A stretch of 64,000 nucleotides of DNA from Nemertoderma westbladi (taxonomy: Eukaryota; Animalia; Xenacoelomorpha), in assembly GCA_032718475.1 (NCBI GenBank), contig JAUCBJ010001005.1, positions 10,751 through 74,750 on the forward strand. The letters run 5' to 3'. Each line of letters opens with the position of its first letter. The stretch's first letter is position 1. Under the pieces are notes generated by a model. It did no database searches. It was not told the DNA's origin and saw only the letters and a list, made by a program, of their open reading frames with translations. Below, one piece after another: positions 23,345 to 38,420 of the stretch. Both the position numbers and the translations under genes were made by a program.

Positions 23345-26300
23345 TTAGTCTTTCTTTCGTGAATGGCGTTTACGAAGTTTTTTGAGGCTAGTAAGAGTCC
23401 TTTTCTCTTTGGGGCGAACCACTTTACTAGGAGGGCTATAACTCCTGGGTGAGGGGTGCAATACAATTGCATCGGAAGGTTTCGGATTACGGTCGGTGTA
23501 TCCGCCGGTCGAGGTACCCGGTTGATTGATATCAACCTCAGTGGAACGAGGTCAAACAACCTTTAGAGCGCGTTTCAGGACAGCAGCTCTTACTGGTCCC
23601 TGACGGGTCGTTTGCACGAGAGCGGTAGGTTGACCGTGAGTAGTGAGAAATTTCCTCGGTTTGATGGTTCTTTCCAACTCGCGTTCTCGGGCTCTATATT
23701 CATATGGTCGTCTATGAACTTCTTGTAGCTCTGGATGCGAGTTTATAAACAAGTCACCATATTCCGGATCTTGGCGGATGAAGTTGATCAAGTTATGGGA
23801 ATTAAGGTTGTTAGGATTAATATTCCTAAGGTACTTGCGAACAAATTTAGTCAAAATATTCTCGCCAACACGCTTCATTAGCTCGTAGCTAGGGGTGCGA
23901 GATTTTTGCTCAACGGAAGCAAAGAGATATGGGTGAAACGCGTAGACTCCTTCATAGGCACGTCCAGGATAGTATCGATGACGTGATTCACAATGGAGAT
24001 CTGCGTTAGCTTCCCAGGCTCTGATAAAACGCAGGGCAACCATTTCGTCTACGCTTTCTAGATCTCGGTTGAAAGGGCAATTGAAACTTGCGTGTCCCTT
24101 AAACTGGCAATGATGACATTGAGTCATAAATTGAGGACTGACTGCGAAGATGTGTAGATTATTGAGTCTACAATACGCACAATAAATCTCCATAGAAGGT
24201 TGATCCTTAAAGTAGGAGCAGGGTACCCTGGAGTCCACCGGGGTAAAGTGATCTCGTGATGCGCATAATCGGCAACGTTTCCTAGAAACATAATTGGCAT
24301 GCCAATAGTCGTATGCGGTGAGACATTGTGGACCTTGATACCATTCCAGAACATAATCATTGTCACTGCTCCTGGGCGCTGTGGGTTGAATCTCCTCGGA
24401 CTCCAAGCAAAATGGTTTGTCTTCCAATTGCATAGCTGAGGTAGGTGTAGCTGTCTCCTCAAGCGAACCCACTGTTTGAACTTCCACGATAGAATAACCT
24501 GTGGGGATTCGGGGTCTTTGTATGACAGATGAATGTAAGTTCTGTATACAAACGTTCTTAAAAATGGCGAATCCAGCGCTGTCCAACTTCTCAGCAGCTG
24601 AGTCTCTTAAGCTGCGCTTGGTCAGAGCGCGGTCCTTGAACTGACTATCAACGTTACGGAACGGAGTCAGAAAGCGCCTAAAGCGTTCGAATCGGATGAA
24701 TTTATTGTGTTCATCTAGCTTGGCGAGTTTGGTTCCAAGTAACAAGGGGTGGGCACATATAGTGCGACTGCACACATCGGCTAGCCAACCGGCAAGTGCA
24801 GCATTCTCGAAGATAGTGTATATAGCTAATGAGGGACGGAGTGGAACACTCATAAAGCTATAAACGACGCCAGGTGCGGTTAATGGTCTGTCGAAGTATA
24901 ATCGAGAATAATGATCTCCATATACTTGTTGGTAGCTGACAGGGTTTCCGACTTTGAAATTCCATCCGTATTCATGGAAGGCAAGATGTCCAATAGAGGT
25001 TTGTTGTACTTTATTGATTCCGCTGGATGTATTAGCATACATAGTTCGGAAGAAACCTCGCCCTTCTGCCCAGGGAGCAATCAGCTGGGTGTCTACGAAA
25101 GGATATGGGATATTCTCCATGTTTCTGAAGTCATTTTGGAGATCTCCATAAACAGCTGAGCCGATTTTAAGGATTCTCTCGTCAAACAGCATCTCGAGCA
25201 CTGGCTGGGGTAGCATCGATCCATCTATACCCATGGCCGGTTTGCGCTCGGTATCGGTAACATAACGCTGCGCGAGTTCGAATTGTCCATGTCGGAGTTT
25301 CTTTTGTATCTCAGTGAGAGTCTCAAAAGAATAATCGATCACGTCGGAACACGCTCGAGTAAACACATGGGTAGAACCAGCTAGTCCACGTATGTGTATC
25401 ATTCGCGTAGTTCCCAGTTCTCCAACCGGAACGCTACCTTTGTTATCGTAAGTGACAACTCCATACATTTCGATAACGTTAAGAGTTTTTGTTCCACTCT
25501 TTGGTGGCATTTTCTATGGTCATACCCACCGGATGCCATAAGGTGGCGCGTTTGCTTGCATTAGGTAGATCGCTATACTTCAGATAATGTGTAGTATAAG
25601 TCTCTGCATCTCCATATCGCTGTATTCTCTCTTCCTCGAATAATACGTCGAGATTCCAATGGACTAATCGAGTTTTAATAAATCCATCAAGATTATACGG
25701 AGGCATTATTACGGAAGCTGCTTCTTCTCTCTCGTCCATTTCAATGTGCTTCTCCTCGAGCTGATTTTCCTCCGCTTGTCATTGGAAGTGTTCATCCAAA
25801 AACTCTTGTAGAGAGTAGGTTCGTCCAAGTTCGATATCTTCTTCGAGATTCTGGATTTCTCGATCGAACTGGGGTAAAGCTAATTCTTTTACCGCTTGGA
25901 CTTGTTGTTGCAATTTACGTTTGTCTAAACAATCGTAGGTTCCTTTTCTGATCTTTTGCCGAATAGCGTCTAACGCGTTTCGTACAACGCTCTCCTCCAC
26001 TTCGGTGACAGGTTGTATCGGGGTTAAACCGGGACGATTATACGGTTTAAACGGCGATATTAGATGTCCACGTCCCAATCCGGCTAGGTAGGATGGGCGA
26101 ATATCTAGAGAGCCCACAACCGGAGTGCCACCGACTAATTGTTCGGGTAACACTAGATCTTTGAACAATGAGTACAGTTCAGGAGGATCTGTCATACTAT
26201 TAGGATCAAGAGTCTGAGGTCTCACCAGGGAATAAGGAGGTCTGACCGAGTATTCCGGAACTCTGATCATAGGCTTGTTTAAGGATCGTTTGAGTCGAGC

Positions 26301-27101
26301 GAGCGTGGGTGATACGTCGAACAAGTTTCCATCGAAACTCCCGTAAGTATAGCGAGTAAAACTGTGCTTAGCGCAATGTCTCCGTGGATGTTTATGTCTT
26401 TCCGTTTGTTGGTTGGGTCTAGGGCATTCATCGCAATAATACCAAAGACGCACATCTTGTAGGGGAAACACAGGTGATCTTTCTCCAGTTTTACAATATT
26501 CCTCCATCTGTTCGAAGCTATCCGGTACAACAGGTAGTGGTCGATCGGCGGTAAGATACATCATAGTGAAATAGAGTCGTTTGAGTTCTATCATAGGGTT
26601 ATGATGTATACCTTGAGGATATCGAGTTTCTAGATTTTGTTGACTGGCTACATTGAGATATGTTTTTCTCAGGAATTCCAAATATTTGTTGAAGTCACTG
26701 CGTTTATCCGACTCTTCAACATCTTCTCTTTCGAGTCGATTTCGAATAGAATTTTCATGTTCGATTCTCAGTTTATCATTCCGACTCCGCTGGGTATGAT
26801 ATTTAAATAGAATCATTTCCCTTTCGGTGTCTACATTGTCCGTATCGTGTAAATCGATAGGATGACCAGTAGTTAAGAAGTCCATATACGTACCATTACG
26901 ATGCGTATAGTGAGCGGTGAATTTTCTATAGTCCAATTCATGCGTGAGCTGCTCCTTTGACATTGGCAGTTCGATATAGCGGCCATCGTCCTCCGTAGTA
27001 TGTTGACTAGCGTCGCTGCATATTAAACTATCAACAAACACTTGCAATGGTAGGGTATATCGCTCCCTGATACCAAGATCATCTTCTATCAACTCAGTCA
27101 T
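23345..27101 (-). pseudogene. E1 accessory ORF3: unknown N-terminal region, DEDDy exonuclease-like domain, CCHC knuckles
   Basis: ORF pieces 25779-27101, 25479-25739 and 23552-25510 are colinear with E2 53132-57385; ~0.5-kb deletion near 25710, a frameshift and stops. Confidence 0.85.
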
Positions 27102-28865
27102 GGCTGCTATATGAGTTTATAGATATTATAATTAATAATAATTAGGCTAGCGGTTGTCGCTGCCTCCCCCTCAGTGCCCCCGGACAGCGCAAGATCCTCA
27201 GCGCTATGTACTGTCGTCGCTGTGCCTCTCGCCAATGTAGTAGCTACACAACGACAACAATAACCAGCGCGAGTCACTCCACTGTCCATCCCAAGGGCTT
27301 AGATTTACTGGAGGTTCTTGCTACAGACAACTGCGACTCGCTACTGTAAACACACTTTAGTAGTAACATTCACCTATAAATACACAAATTCCACACTCCT
27401 GTCACAATTTGTACAAATTCGGGCCATTTGTCCGTTAGTCAAATGCCTTCCAGAATGCCACGTTATTATTATGTATCCCTGGATACTAGCAAGGTGCTAT
27501 TTATTCCGCATGCTATTCAATGGGGCAAGCTTTCTATTGTTCTTTTAACTCGCTTCTAATTCTAGCGTGGTTGTTGCTATGGTGACATTATGGAAAGCTA
27601 GCGGTAGAATTAGGGTAATTCTCATGCATACAGATCTGGGATGCTATTTAATAGTGATTCTTTAATTGTCAATATTCCCCTTATACATGATTTTATGAAT
27701 TTTATCGGCTATTGTCTGTACACTGGAGATTCTCGCACACTAATATACTTAATAGGGTGAATCTCCGCTCCCATGATCTATTAATTAATGGAATTTTGGG
27801 AATGTTATAAATTGTATAAAATGACAATTTATCAAATTCATGAGAGGATATGAATTTAAAATTTATTCCCGTGAATTTTATTATTTGATATTAAATAGAC
27901 ACAATTTTATTCCAGAACATGTCTGGGAACTAGGATCCTTAATTCTAGAAATTTTGTCTTTTAAGAGTATCGGTAAGTGCTACGATATCCTAATCGACTA
28001 GAATTTTAGAGGATCTAAATTTTAACAGATTTTGATTTATAGATTTTCTAGAGTCAATTTGTTAGTATTTACTCTATTGTAACATTTGTTTTAACAGATT
28101 TTATAAATATTTATTAAATATTTAATATTTAAGATGGGCACCGATTTCTTCCAGAACATGTCTGGGGACGTTAACCACTGATTCTAGAATTTTGTCTTTC
28201 AAGTATATCGGTGGGTGCCGCGATATCTTAATCGACTAGAATTTCAGATGGTCAAAGGGTTTAACAGATTTATTTGAAGATTCATTAACAGATTTGTTTG
28301 ATAACATTATTAATATTAATAATGTTTGTTAATATTTTTGAACTTCAATGCTACTGTTAAATGGACATCATTCTACTATATGTATTATTTAATATACGGT
28401 ATGAGAGCAATATTGCAAGAAGCAATGTCAGTGAGAAGAGGCAAGTCGTTTCCAAGGTCTACCCAGAGCTTGGTTTAGCCGAGACACAAGGATCCGAACT
28501 TTGCATTCCTAATACTCTACATACCAATAATACTTGAGTATAGTAGGGGCGGTATTGTACTTTTAATATGTACGGACATTTCATCTTACTGTAGTCACAT
28601 ATTTATAGTATGATACGGACAGTAAGGAAAGAGAAAATGAATTATTTCTCGCCGTTAAACGAAATATATTATGCTAAGTAATTAAGTAATAAGACACTGA
28701 TATATTGCACTAATCTACTGAATAATTGTTAAAATATTATTCTACAAAATAAAATTAAAGAAAACGATTTTAATAATAAAATTACATATATAATAATGCA
28801 TACATAAATATAAAATAATAAAAAAAATATAAAATAATGAAGTCACACACCCACTCCAAACGCTA

Positions 28866-31800
28866 TTACGTTGGGGAGTCCCTAGATGTTTGTTGGATTA
28901 GGGAGGTGGTCGTGGGAAGAGTCTCTTGCCTTCCACAGTTCCCGGACAACTCTCGGTCTCTTTCCAGTAAACATAAACGACCAACTGGGCGATTAAGTTG
29001 TTGTGTTTCGAATACAATTCCAGGTTTCTTAACGTTACGTCGCATGACGATGAGTTCCACCGATCGCACTAAACCATCATCGGATATATGAGTCTCGATG
29101 ATACGGCCTGTCTGCCACCTCTTACGTGGAAGATCTGATTCCACGATAAGGACCATGTCTCCGGCGCTGACGTTTTCTTGTGCGCAAACCACTTTGTTTG
29201 AAGTTGTAGCGTAGGAAGATAATGTTTTTCGAAATGGTCAGCGAAACGACGGGATAATAACTGCATAAGTTGCCAAGTTTGTCGGCAGTATTAGTCTCCG
29301 TCTGTGAATTCCTATTGCGGGAGCATGGCTACAGGTTTCTTTAGTAGGAAATGCGCGGGTGTTAGCTCTTCTAGGCAGTCGGGACTCGATGAGACTGGCA
29401 TAAGCGGTCTCTCATTAAGATAGGCGGCGATTTCTTCCATTAACGTCCGCAAAAGTTCGTCGGTGATATAAAGTGAAATGCGGTCTTCACGCTCTGTATT
29501 AGTCTCTCCCAACTTCCTCCCCACCAAGGGGCGTCGGCGGCGTTGAAGGTCCAGCTAGATGCTGTTACCCTTAGCTGATCGTCCACCTGTCTTTGGTTCC
29601 AATCTTTCACGTAAGCTGTGATCTCATCATTGGCGCCAATGAAGTTCGTTCCTTTGTCGGATCTCATAGTGTTGCTAGTCCCAAAACGAGCGATCTGTCG
29701 GCGTAAACTCAGTATGAAGCTGTTGGTAGATAGATCGTTCACCATATCTAGATGGATCGCTCTACAAGTCATACAGATAAAGATGACACACCATCGCTTG
29801 ACTATAGTCCTAGCACGATATACTTCAATAGGGCCAAATAAATCCACACCAGTATTAGTAAATGGTGGTTCATAGAAGCTTACTCGTTCCCTAGGTAATT
29901 CTGCCTCTCGCTGTGTTAAAGGCCTACTAAATGCTTTCCTACAGGGTATACAGTTCCTAAGAACTTGGTTAAGAGCTCTATGGGGCTTATGGAAATAATA
30001 GCGAGTTCGAATTTCGCTAAGAACTCATTCTCTACCATCATGGTAAAGTCTACTGTGAACATCTACAATCATCTTGATTTGTATTTCAAGATTTCTAATG
30101 AGTATGGGAAACTTAGTGTCAAAGGACAATGGAGCATTAGTTAATCTCCCTCCGACACGTATTAACCCATCTATCATTGTGCTAGAGAAACGATCCCTTA
30201 AGCGCATCTGTGGATTTCTCAACAACAGGAAATACTTATCGGAATCTTCGTAGCACTGCAGGAGTCTCAGTATCTGCTTATTGGTATCCTCATGTTCTTG
30301 GTAACTGATCTTCTCAGTCAGACACCTATCAGACACTTTATAAGTGGGAAGGTCTTTAATAATATGGACTTTTTCGGATATTATTGGAGCGGTATCACTA
30401 GCGATCTTCATCCTGGAATAGTGATGATGTAAACATCTTTTCAGATACACAATGGCCTTGCTAAGCCGATTCCAGGAGCTATAATGATCTATTGCTCTCT
30501 GTAGGAGAGGGGAGAGTCCTTGCGAGACATCTGGTGTTCCAGATTTCCAGTCTCTTTCCCTGATTTCTATAACGGATCTAGTCGTAATGGGTGAGTTTAG
30601 ATCCACAGCGTCGTCCCCGGAGGTGTGTAGTACAGACAGATCTATCACGGGTTTAAATAACTTTGATTTACTCGTCTGGGTTTTAGGTTTGACTTTCTCC
30701 GCTCCCTTGTCTTGTCTAATCTCCGCTGTGGTGAGATGAGGGGGCCATTCCAACGCTTCTTTACTCAGGAAGTCGGGTCCATCTAACCAGTCTGGAGTAT
30801 CTATCAGTTCTTGAGGAGTTGCTCCTCTAGAGGCGATGTCAGCTGGATTAATCGTCCCAGGGCAATGTCTCCATTGATCTACATTAGAGCGACTGAGTAT
30901 AATGGCTACTCTGTTGGAAACGAAGACGCTGAACTGACAGACTTCATTTGTTATATACTCCAGAACGAGTAAAGCATCAGTCCAATAGACAGTTCTCTCT
31001 AGTGGATAGTCGATCTGTTCTGTTACATTCCAGCCGATGGCTGTAGCGTATAGAACCGCCTTTAACTCCGCTCTAGGAACTCGTAGTTTGTTGTTTATTA
31101 GGGCCTTAGAGGCGACCAAGGCAACTTTAATTCCATCCGGAGTTTCAATCCTCAGGTAGGCTACTATACCTATTCCCCTATCGCTGGCGTCTCCAAACAC
31201 ATGGAGTTGATAGGAATACGTGGGGAGAACGTGACCAAAATATGAACGGGAAATCTTAAAGTTTTCGATGGATGGTAGAGAATCTTCCCATTTCATCCAC
31301 TTCTTTAGCAGTTCTCCCGTAAGTGGATCATCCCACGAGTGGTTTTCGAGCCACATTTATTGCACTAAGCTCCAAGCAACTAATATAACTGGGCTAATAA
31401 ACCCCAATGGATCGAAGTAAGTGTTCAGGATACTTAGACAAATCCGTTTAGTTCTAACTGGATTATCTCGTTTTAACTGAAAGAATAGGATATCTCTCTC
31501 TGTGTCCCATTTTAATCCAAGCGTCTTGGTTTCCGGAAGATTGTCCTTAATGAGGTCCAGATCTTTAACACCTCGGTCTTCTACCGGAATCGATTCCAGA
31601 AACTCACGGGAGTTACTAGGGAATTTGGTTAGCCGAAATCCACCGCATTGCAAGCACTCTACCGTTCCCTTGGCAACATCAATGGCTTCTTCCACCAATG
31701 GGAGGGACTTTAAATTGTCGTCCATGTATATATCCCGTTTGATGTTGTCGATAACCGCTTTAGAGAAGGCGTCTCGGTTGTCATCAGCAGTGGTACGCAC

Positions 31801-34800
31801 TACCAAACAATGAGGGGCTCGAGATGATCCCGAAAGCCTGGATGGTCATCCAGTACTCCACCGGTTTTTGGTTGAGGTCTCCTTCAGGCCACCACAGAAA
31901 TCGTAGGCTGTCTCGATCCCTATCCAGCGCCTTGACTTGTAAGAACATGCCTTCTATGTCCGAAGCGAATGCGATAGAATATTGCCGCAGTCTTAGTAAT
32001 ATTCCCAACAAAGATTGGAGTAAGTTGGGTCCCGGCAACAGTTCTGAATTTAGGGATTGACCCATGTAAAGGGCGGAGCCGTCAAACACTACCCGGACTT
32101 TGTTGGGTTTACCGGGCTTGGGAACGTAATGATGTGTTAGATAATACGTTCTCTCCATTATGGGTGTTTCTTCTGGAACTCGCTCCACGTATCCCTTATC
32201 AATAAATTTCTTCAGTTGGGTTTTATACATTTCCCTGGCTTGAACGTTAGCCGTCAGGCGCCGATGTAGTTGTGTGATTCTCTTTTCCGCTAAAGGTCTG
32301 TTATTTACGAAGCTGTGTTCTCGCCGTCGAAACGGAAGACCAATCTCATAGCGACCTTCATCCTTCAGATAACGTGTAGTCATTTCCTGAATCTACTTGG
32401 CTCTCTCTTCCTCGACAGACAAGGCTTTGTCGTAGGAATTAGGCTCTACAGCTTCTTGAGTAAGGAATCGTACAGCGTGTTCATCGCGGATTTTGTTATT
32501 GTATCGATCTATCACTTCGTTTAATTCATCGTTATAGGTATATTGTCCGCCAGGTTGATTGACAAGATGGCATAGGTTGACTTGGTTTAACCAAGTTTGG
32601 TTCTCAGTGAGGAGATCGATGGTATTTTCCTCATCATACAAGTGGTTGATGTCGTCGTTGTCTGAGGAGTATGGAGTTTCCTCAGTTGGGGTTTCTTCCT
32701 CACTGATTTCTTCTTCCCATTCACTCACCTGGTGTATTCTTTCATGAGGGAGTCTTTCCATTAAGGTCCTATGGGAAGGTCCAGTGAAGTACCAACCTAC
32801 TCTCGTTCTTCCCGCATACATCTGTCCCAGCGAGTTGTTTGTCCCAGCGAGTACCTACTCCACCCTTTGGCAAAGTAGATGCTACGGCTCCAACAACCAT
32901 ATAACTCTGGTATTCTTGAGACTTACCTAACCAATCTAACTGTCTACAGATCTCCTGAATCTCATCAGAAAATTCTATAATCGCGCTGCTAAGAAACGTT
33001 CGGGGCGCTACTAATTTCGCATACAGATACCTAGCTATGTTAGTCCTATTATCATACCTCATGTTTAGTGTATCCCAAACTTGTCTTAATCCGTCTGGAT
33101 GTCCAATAAACTTTAACGCCATTAACTTGGGAGGTCCTTCCAAGCACTCGATGAGGAATCGAAGTTTCTCTCCATTGGATAGTACAGAGTTCTGTATGTT
33201 ATCTTTATAATATTCATCCGGTTCGATTCATCGGTTCTAGCCATTTGACGCATAAAACTTTCTTGGGCCATCATATTATTTAATATCGAGTTATCGGTAT
33301 ATAAATTTCTCGGATTAGGATCAGGTCTATATGGAATATTGTTATCAACAGGTTTATAATTACCCTTAATAGGGTTCACTATAGGAGTTTCTACTTCACT
33401 AGCAGTATAGATGCGTGTAGGCTCCACACCTTGCGCATGAAATACTTCAGACCTAACTGGCTGACACATTGTTACAGGGGGTTACCATATTTGTTACCAT
33501 TTTGTTACCATATTTGTTAACATTTTATTTCATACCCATTTGTATATTTACTAATTTATCGCGCTCTAAAGCCATACTTTGTTGTACTTCTTGCAACTCT
33601 AACCTACTCTCTCTTACTGTTCCCTTTAACAGCTGAACAGTCCCTTCCAATTCACGGACCTGCTGGGAAGACTGATTCTTGTGGGCTTCCAGCTGTCCGA
33701 GCAGCTGATTCATCCCCTGTCGTCCCTCGTCCACCCACTCAACCGCAGAGGCGGGAGCCGCCAACATGGTAGCTGGGTGGCATATAGGGACGACGGGAGA
33801 CAGTTTATTTATAATGTCTTGCTCGGCGTCCAGGACTGTGTTGGATTCCGGGGGTTGTCTACTGGGCACAGGTAGTTTAGTACTGTGCAAAGGGAATTTG
33901 GAGTTAGGTTCTGGAAGTACAGGGGTCTCTATCAAGGGAGTGGCTTCAATAACAGGCCTAATTATTTCGGGCTCGTCTACTATAGTAGGGAGTCTTTCTA
34001 CTCTAATAATTTGGTCTGTAGGCTCTTGATTACTTAAATCTACATTAGCTAGTTGCCTTCTCACCGCAGGAGGCAAATTAGGTAACTTCTGCCAGTGTGG
34101 CGTTCCTCTACGTCCGCTTGAACGAGATTGATTACCTTTACCCTCGGGATCCATTGTATCACCGTCATCAGAGGAGGTAAATCCCTGTCTTCTGGGAGTA
34201 GATCGACTCAGTAGTTGAATCTGAGTAGCTGCCCTTTGTTTATTTAAGTAATCTTGTTTCGCCTGAAGATTTTCCAACTCTAGTTGGGTTGTCGCTTCAG
34301 ATACCTTCCGTTCTGCTTCTGCCACTGCCGCTTTTCTTTCAGCCTCTGCTGCTGCCGCCACCACTGCCGCTTTTCTTTCAGATTCTGCCGCTGCTGCTGC
34401 CACTTTTCTTTCAGATTCTGCCGCTGCCGCTGACCTTCGGTCTTCTATTTGCCTTTTCTTAATTTGCTCTTCTTGGTCCATAGCGATGAGGATGCTTTCA
34501 TCAAATTTAGCCTGTTCTGCAGCTAATATTTCCGCATCTAAAGAATCTAACACGAATTTGCCTCCCTCTCTATTGGGATGAAGTCCAGCTAGCTGTCTTC
34601 TGAGCTCTTTGTCTCCTATAAATCGTTGATAATCCGATAAATAGATGTCAATCGTATCCTTCTTCTGAGGTTTTTCGGATATCGCTTCGCCTTCCACATG
34701 AGAAAAGGTGGCGTCTGTTGATTCTCCGTGGGTCATGCGCTCAGTTAGCTGAACTTTCCATTGTGTCGTTCCCTGGACCTTAACACTCACTCGTTGGAAC

Positions 34801-35611
34801 CAAGTCTTTACAGCCACTTGCAACGACGTGTCTTGGCTTCTCTTCGAGGCCTCCTCAAAGGCTGAAAGGATTAATCTGATCCGTAAGATACGTTCTCGCA
34901 CTTGATAAAGCAGCTCTCCCTGCTCTTGAGGTCCTTGACGTTGTTGAAATAAATGTTCTTCTAATCGCTCCAAGGAGCTGAAGAATCCCTGGACATATCC
35001 TGCTGCTGACCTCTTCCATATAGCTGGATCTCGAGTGTCCCTTACTATCCCCATTCGGTATATGTCCTCCCAGGCAGCTTCCGATAAATTAAACGGGAGT
35101 CCGGGTCCGGGGAAGTTCTATTGTGTCTCTACAATATACCTTAGTTCCTCCATCGTATGTCCCGCTTAACTGTCCCTGGTCGATCTCTTATTTCTCATCC
35201 AATCAGCTTGATGTTCCTCCACAACGATCAATACTCTAGTGAGTACGGCCCCAGGAAGAATTAGAAGTGGATCTGGATAAACTGCTTCTGCCATCCTTGC
35301 TCCGATCTCGGGCGTTAACTCTTCAGTGTCGGAACTACTAGAGTTATTCTGCCATTGAGAAATAAGTTCCTGGCTCGGGTGCTGCTGCTGCTAACAGCCG
35401 TCTCTTGGTCTCGCTTAACTTGAGCCCTAGTGCCTATAATAGACCTATGATGCTTTACTAGCCTAGAGTCTGATACCACTACTGTAGGGATGACCTTTCT
35501 TACAGTAGGAGGGGACTTGGACTTTGGTCTGAGATGTTCAATACTTTGATCTGGGTCACAGATCGTTCTTTCTAGGAGACTATCTGACAGTGTTTGCTTT
35601 GTGTCAGACAT
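28866..35611 (-). pseudogene. E1 gag-pol, fragmented; zinc knuckles and protease deleted at ~32825
   Basis: RVVFDGS, SDIEGMFLQV, YMDD, LHVFGDAS, VYWTDA, NPADIASRG, DLFGP, SDKGTNF, GGSWERLI; colinear with E2. Confidence 0.95.
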
Positions 35612-37239
35612 GATTTATTTTACAGTTGAATGCCTACTACTATAATGACAGTTAAAGCAAGTCTAGGAATCAGTATCAACTGTCAGCCTAGTAGTTATTT
35701 ACTGATACCGTTACTCAGTGTAACGTGATATATATTTAATATTAAACTACCGGTATACACTTATAGTATATATATAAGTATTATTTACAGACTAGGATCA
35801 GTCACAGAATACCGGCATATACTTTCAGCCTAAATTTATATAAATATAATAAGCTTACCGTAAATACCGGTAATGTCAATTATTTAATAATAACTGAATT
35901 TCTGAAATTTAGGGTTACTTCCCTTTACTTTATTACTGATATTAAGCAGTAGTTCAACTGATATTAAGACCTATTTGATGTATGACAGGCCTACTATTTT
36001 ATAAATCTGATTGAGTTGATTTATAATTATAAATATATACCCGTACAATGGGTTTTGATTATATTTGAAATAAATGTTATTATTTCTGGATAAGAAGTCA
36101 CTACACAGAAGCTAAACGCTCTCAGTGGAGTGCTACTTGTTAGACACTAATACTGATAATTCTAATTTACTAAGTTACTTATCACTACAAATTACTTACA
36201 ATCAGGTTGAGATTACAATCTCTAAATAAACAGTAAACAAGTTACACGTACAATTTTTTAGGGTAATTTTACAAGAAATCTACAAACCAGTCTAACAAGG
36301 AGTTAGAATTTCTGGTTCTTACAAACTGACAGGAAACTACGGTAGTTGAAACCAATAAAGTAGTAGTAAGTAAGTTGCGTTTTCCAGATAAGGAAATGCC
36401 ACCGTCTGACGACTTATAGTTTTAAACTATAAGTTATGTACCTGGAGTGTCCTTACCTAGAGGTTAATTATCGAAGCCAACCAGAGCTAACGTACCTATT
36501 AACCACGTTACAACACAAATATACTGCCTACACACTAAATTACTTTTGGAAAGCACTGTACGCTAAACCCTAAATTAGGTACAAGTACTTATACAACAAA
36601 TAACCAGCAGTTAAATATACGTGAATAGCCAAAAGAACCACGGTATCTGCTGGAGTGACCGGAGCACAAAGTCACCAGTCTTTACCTATGCCAAGCAGCC
36701 CTGATGTAGTACCGGGGTTAATTTAACTATAACAGTATGTATAACAAGCACAATTACTGTAGGAATAAACTTGGGGAATTGGAGGTTGCGAATACTCGCA
36801 TAAACTCTGAATAATAAATATTACGCTACCCGTGCAGACTATTCAAACAAAACACAGACCAAATGCTGGCAGACTACTGTCAAGCCTAAATAAATAGTAT
36901 ATGCAGACTCTGAAATGGTTAGTTAGTAGGCGTTCTAACCAAGTAGTACGACTTATTCTTTCGGGGGGGATTTACCTTACAGCACTGGATGCCCCCACCT
37001 TCCTAACTAGCACTTTATCGGACAGACACTCTTCACACACCGCAATCGCCTCAGACCTAACAACAGTTAGACAACAATCCGGCCTACAAATTATTTATAC
37101 AATCTGAGCAGGCTTACGTGCCTTCTGCTCAATATTACACTTACAGATAAATAAAACTGACAGAAATATATATGCTCTAAAAGAAATAAGGGGTGTACAG
37201 TCCCTACTCTCTTAAACAGCCTACTAATATACAATATTG

Positions 37240-37333
37240 AGAGTAGCGCCCACCCCTACCCTCGGGTAGCAGCTATCGAAAGAGGAGCCTTCGGGTCGCC
37301 TCCGGCTTCGGCCGACTGTTTGCTTGCTTGCTT
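37240..37333 (+). mobile_element. 5'-truncated SINE family 1 tail inserted in the E1 leader
   Basis: Near-identical to 10892-10985; absent from the homologous E2 leader (~39840). Confidence 0.85.
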
Positions 37334-37451
37334 ATCACAATCGAAATAATACTGCTGTACCTGTAAGTACTGGTTTGGGTGATTAGGCCTACAGTTTTAC
37401 TGTCTGACTGGTACATTCGACTTTATTGTCTACGGCACAATAAAGAAACCC

Positions 37452-37463
37452 TAAATCTATTAA
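37452..37463 (-). promoter_or_regulatory. E1 non-tRNA primer-binding site candidate TTAATAGATTTA
   Basis: First 12 nt after the 5' LTR CA; exact complement of its own LTR sequence at 38232-38243 (and 22911-22922). Confidence 0.7.
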
Positions 37464-38420
37464 TGTTCGCGCTTTTAGACCTTTAGCAGTTTAACCTGCC
37501 AATTTTAGTTGTCCCCTTGTTTATAAATCGACTTTAGCCTTTTACCAATTACCTAGTGTACTGAAGTTACATCAGCCAAAGCCAGTCCGTGCGCGGCGTA
37601 TGACCCACGGTGTGGGAGACTGGATTCGGATTCCTTGGGAGTTATTGCAGTGTAGACCTACTGTATTATTCGATTGATCGCTACTATATAATCTCTGACA
37701 ACTATATTCACTTTCGGGGAAATATTAACAGTTCCTTTAGGATGTGGCGCTTTAAGTATAAAAACAGAGTTATGACTTATACTAATCACAACTAGATGGC
37801 CACAGAGTTTCGTAAATAGCGCATTCTTTAGGAGATGCTTTATTAACCTTCACACTACTTCACACGACTTCACACTACTTTACACTAGTTCGCACTAATC
37901 TGCCGACCGTCACTGAATTTGATCATATATAAGGAGGATCTCAACTGACACACGTAGGGATTATGAAATAGCATTTAATTCACACAAAACCACTATAATT
38001 TAAGTCGCAGTTGCTACCAGTAAACTCTATTCCTCTTACCTCAGTAATCAATAAGATTGAGGGGTTTATGATTATTTATTGGTATTCTCCAAATATAACA
38101 TCAATATCCATTAATATAACAATTAATACTATAAACAGAAGTAAATAATGCGGTGAACAGTCAGTATGTGTTACTTATGCAGTTATGAAATGTTCAGTGG
38201 TGCGTCAAATAAGTTGAAATGTGATCAAATGTTAATAGATTTACGTTCTTATAACCAAGGCCATCTGATGTTCCTAGGCCAAAGTCTGAAACTTCCGCAC
38301 AGAAGCACAGAAAATTCTGAGTTGGTTCTGATGCTCAGAAAATAGTAAACAAAGACCGTAATGCATTGCGTGAGTTTCCATAGGTTTCTGTTAGCTGTAA
38401 AGTGAAAATTGCTCTGATTG
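37464..38420 (-). repeat. 5' LTR of E1, downstream part (remainder at 58663-58833)
   Basis: Near-identical to 22145-23099 and interrupted by E2 at GATTG. Confidence 0.95.
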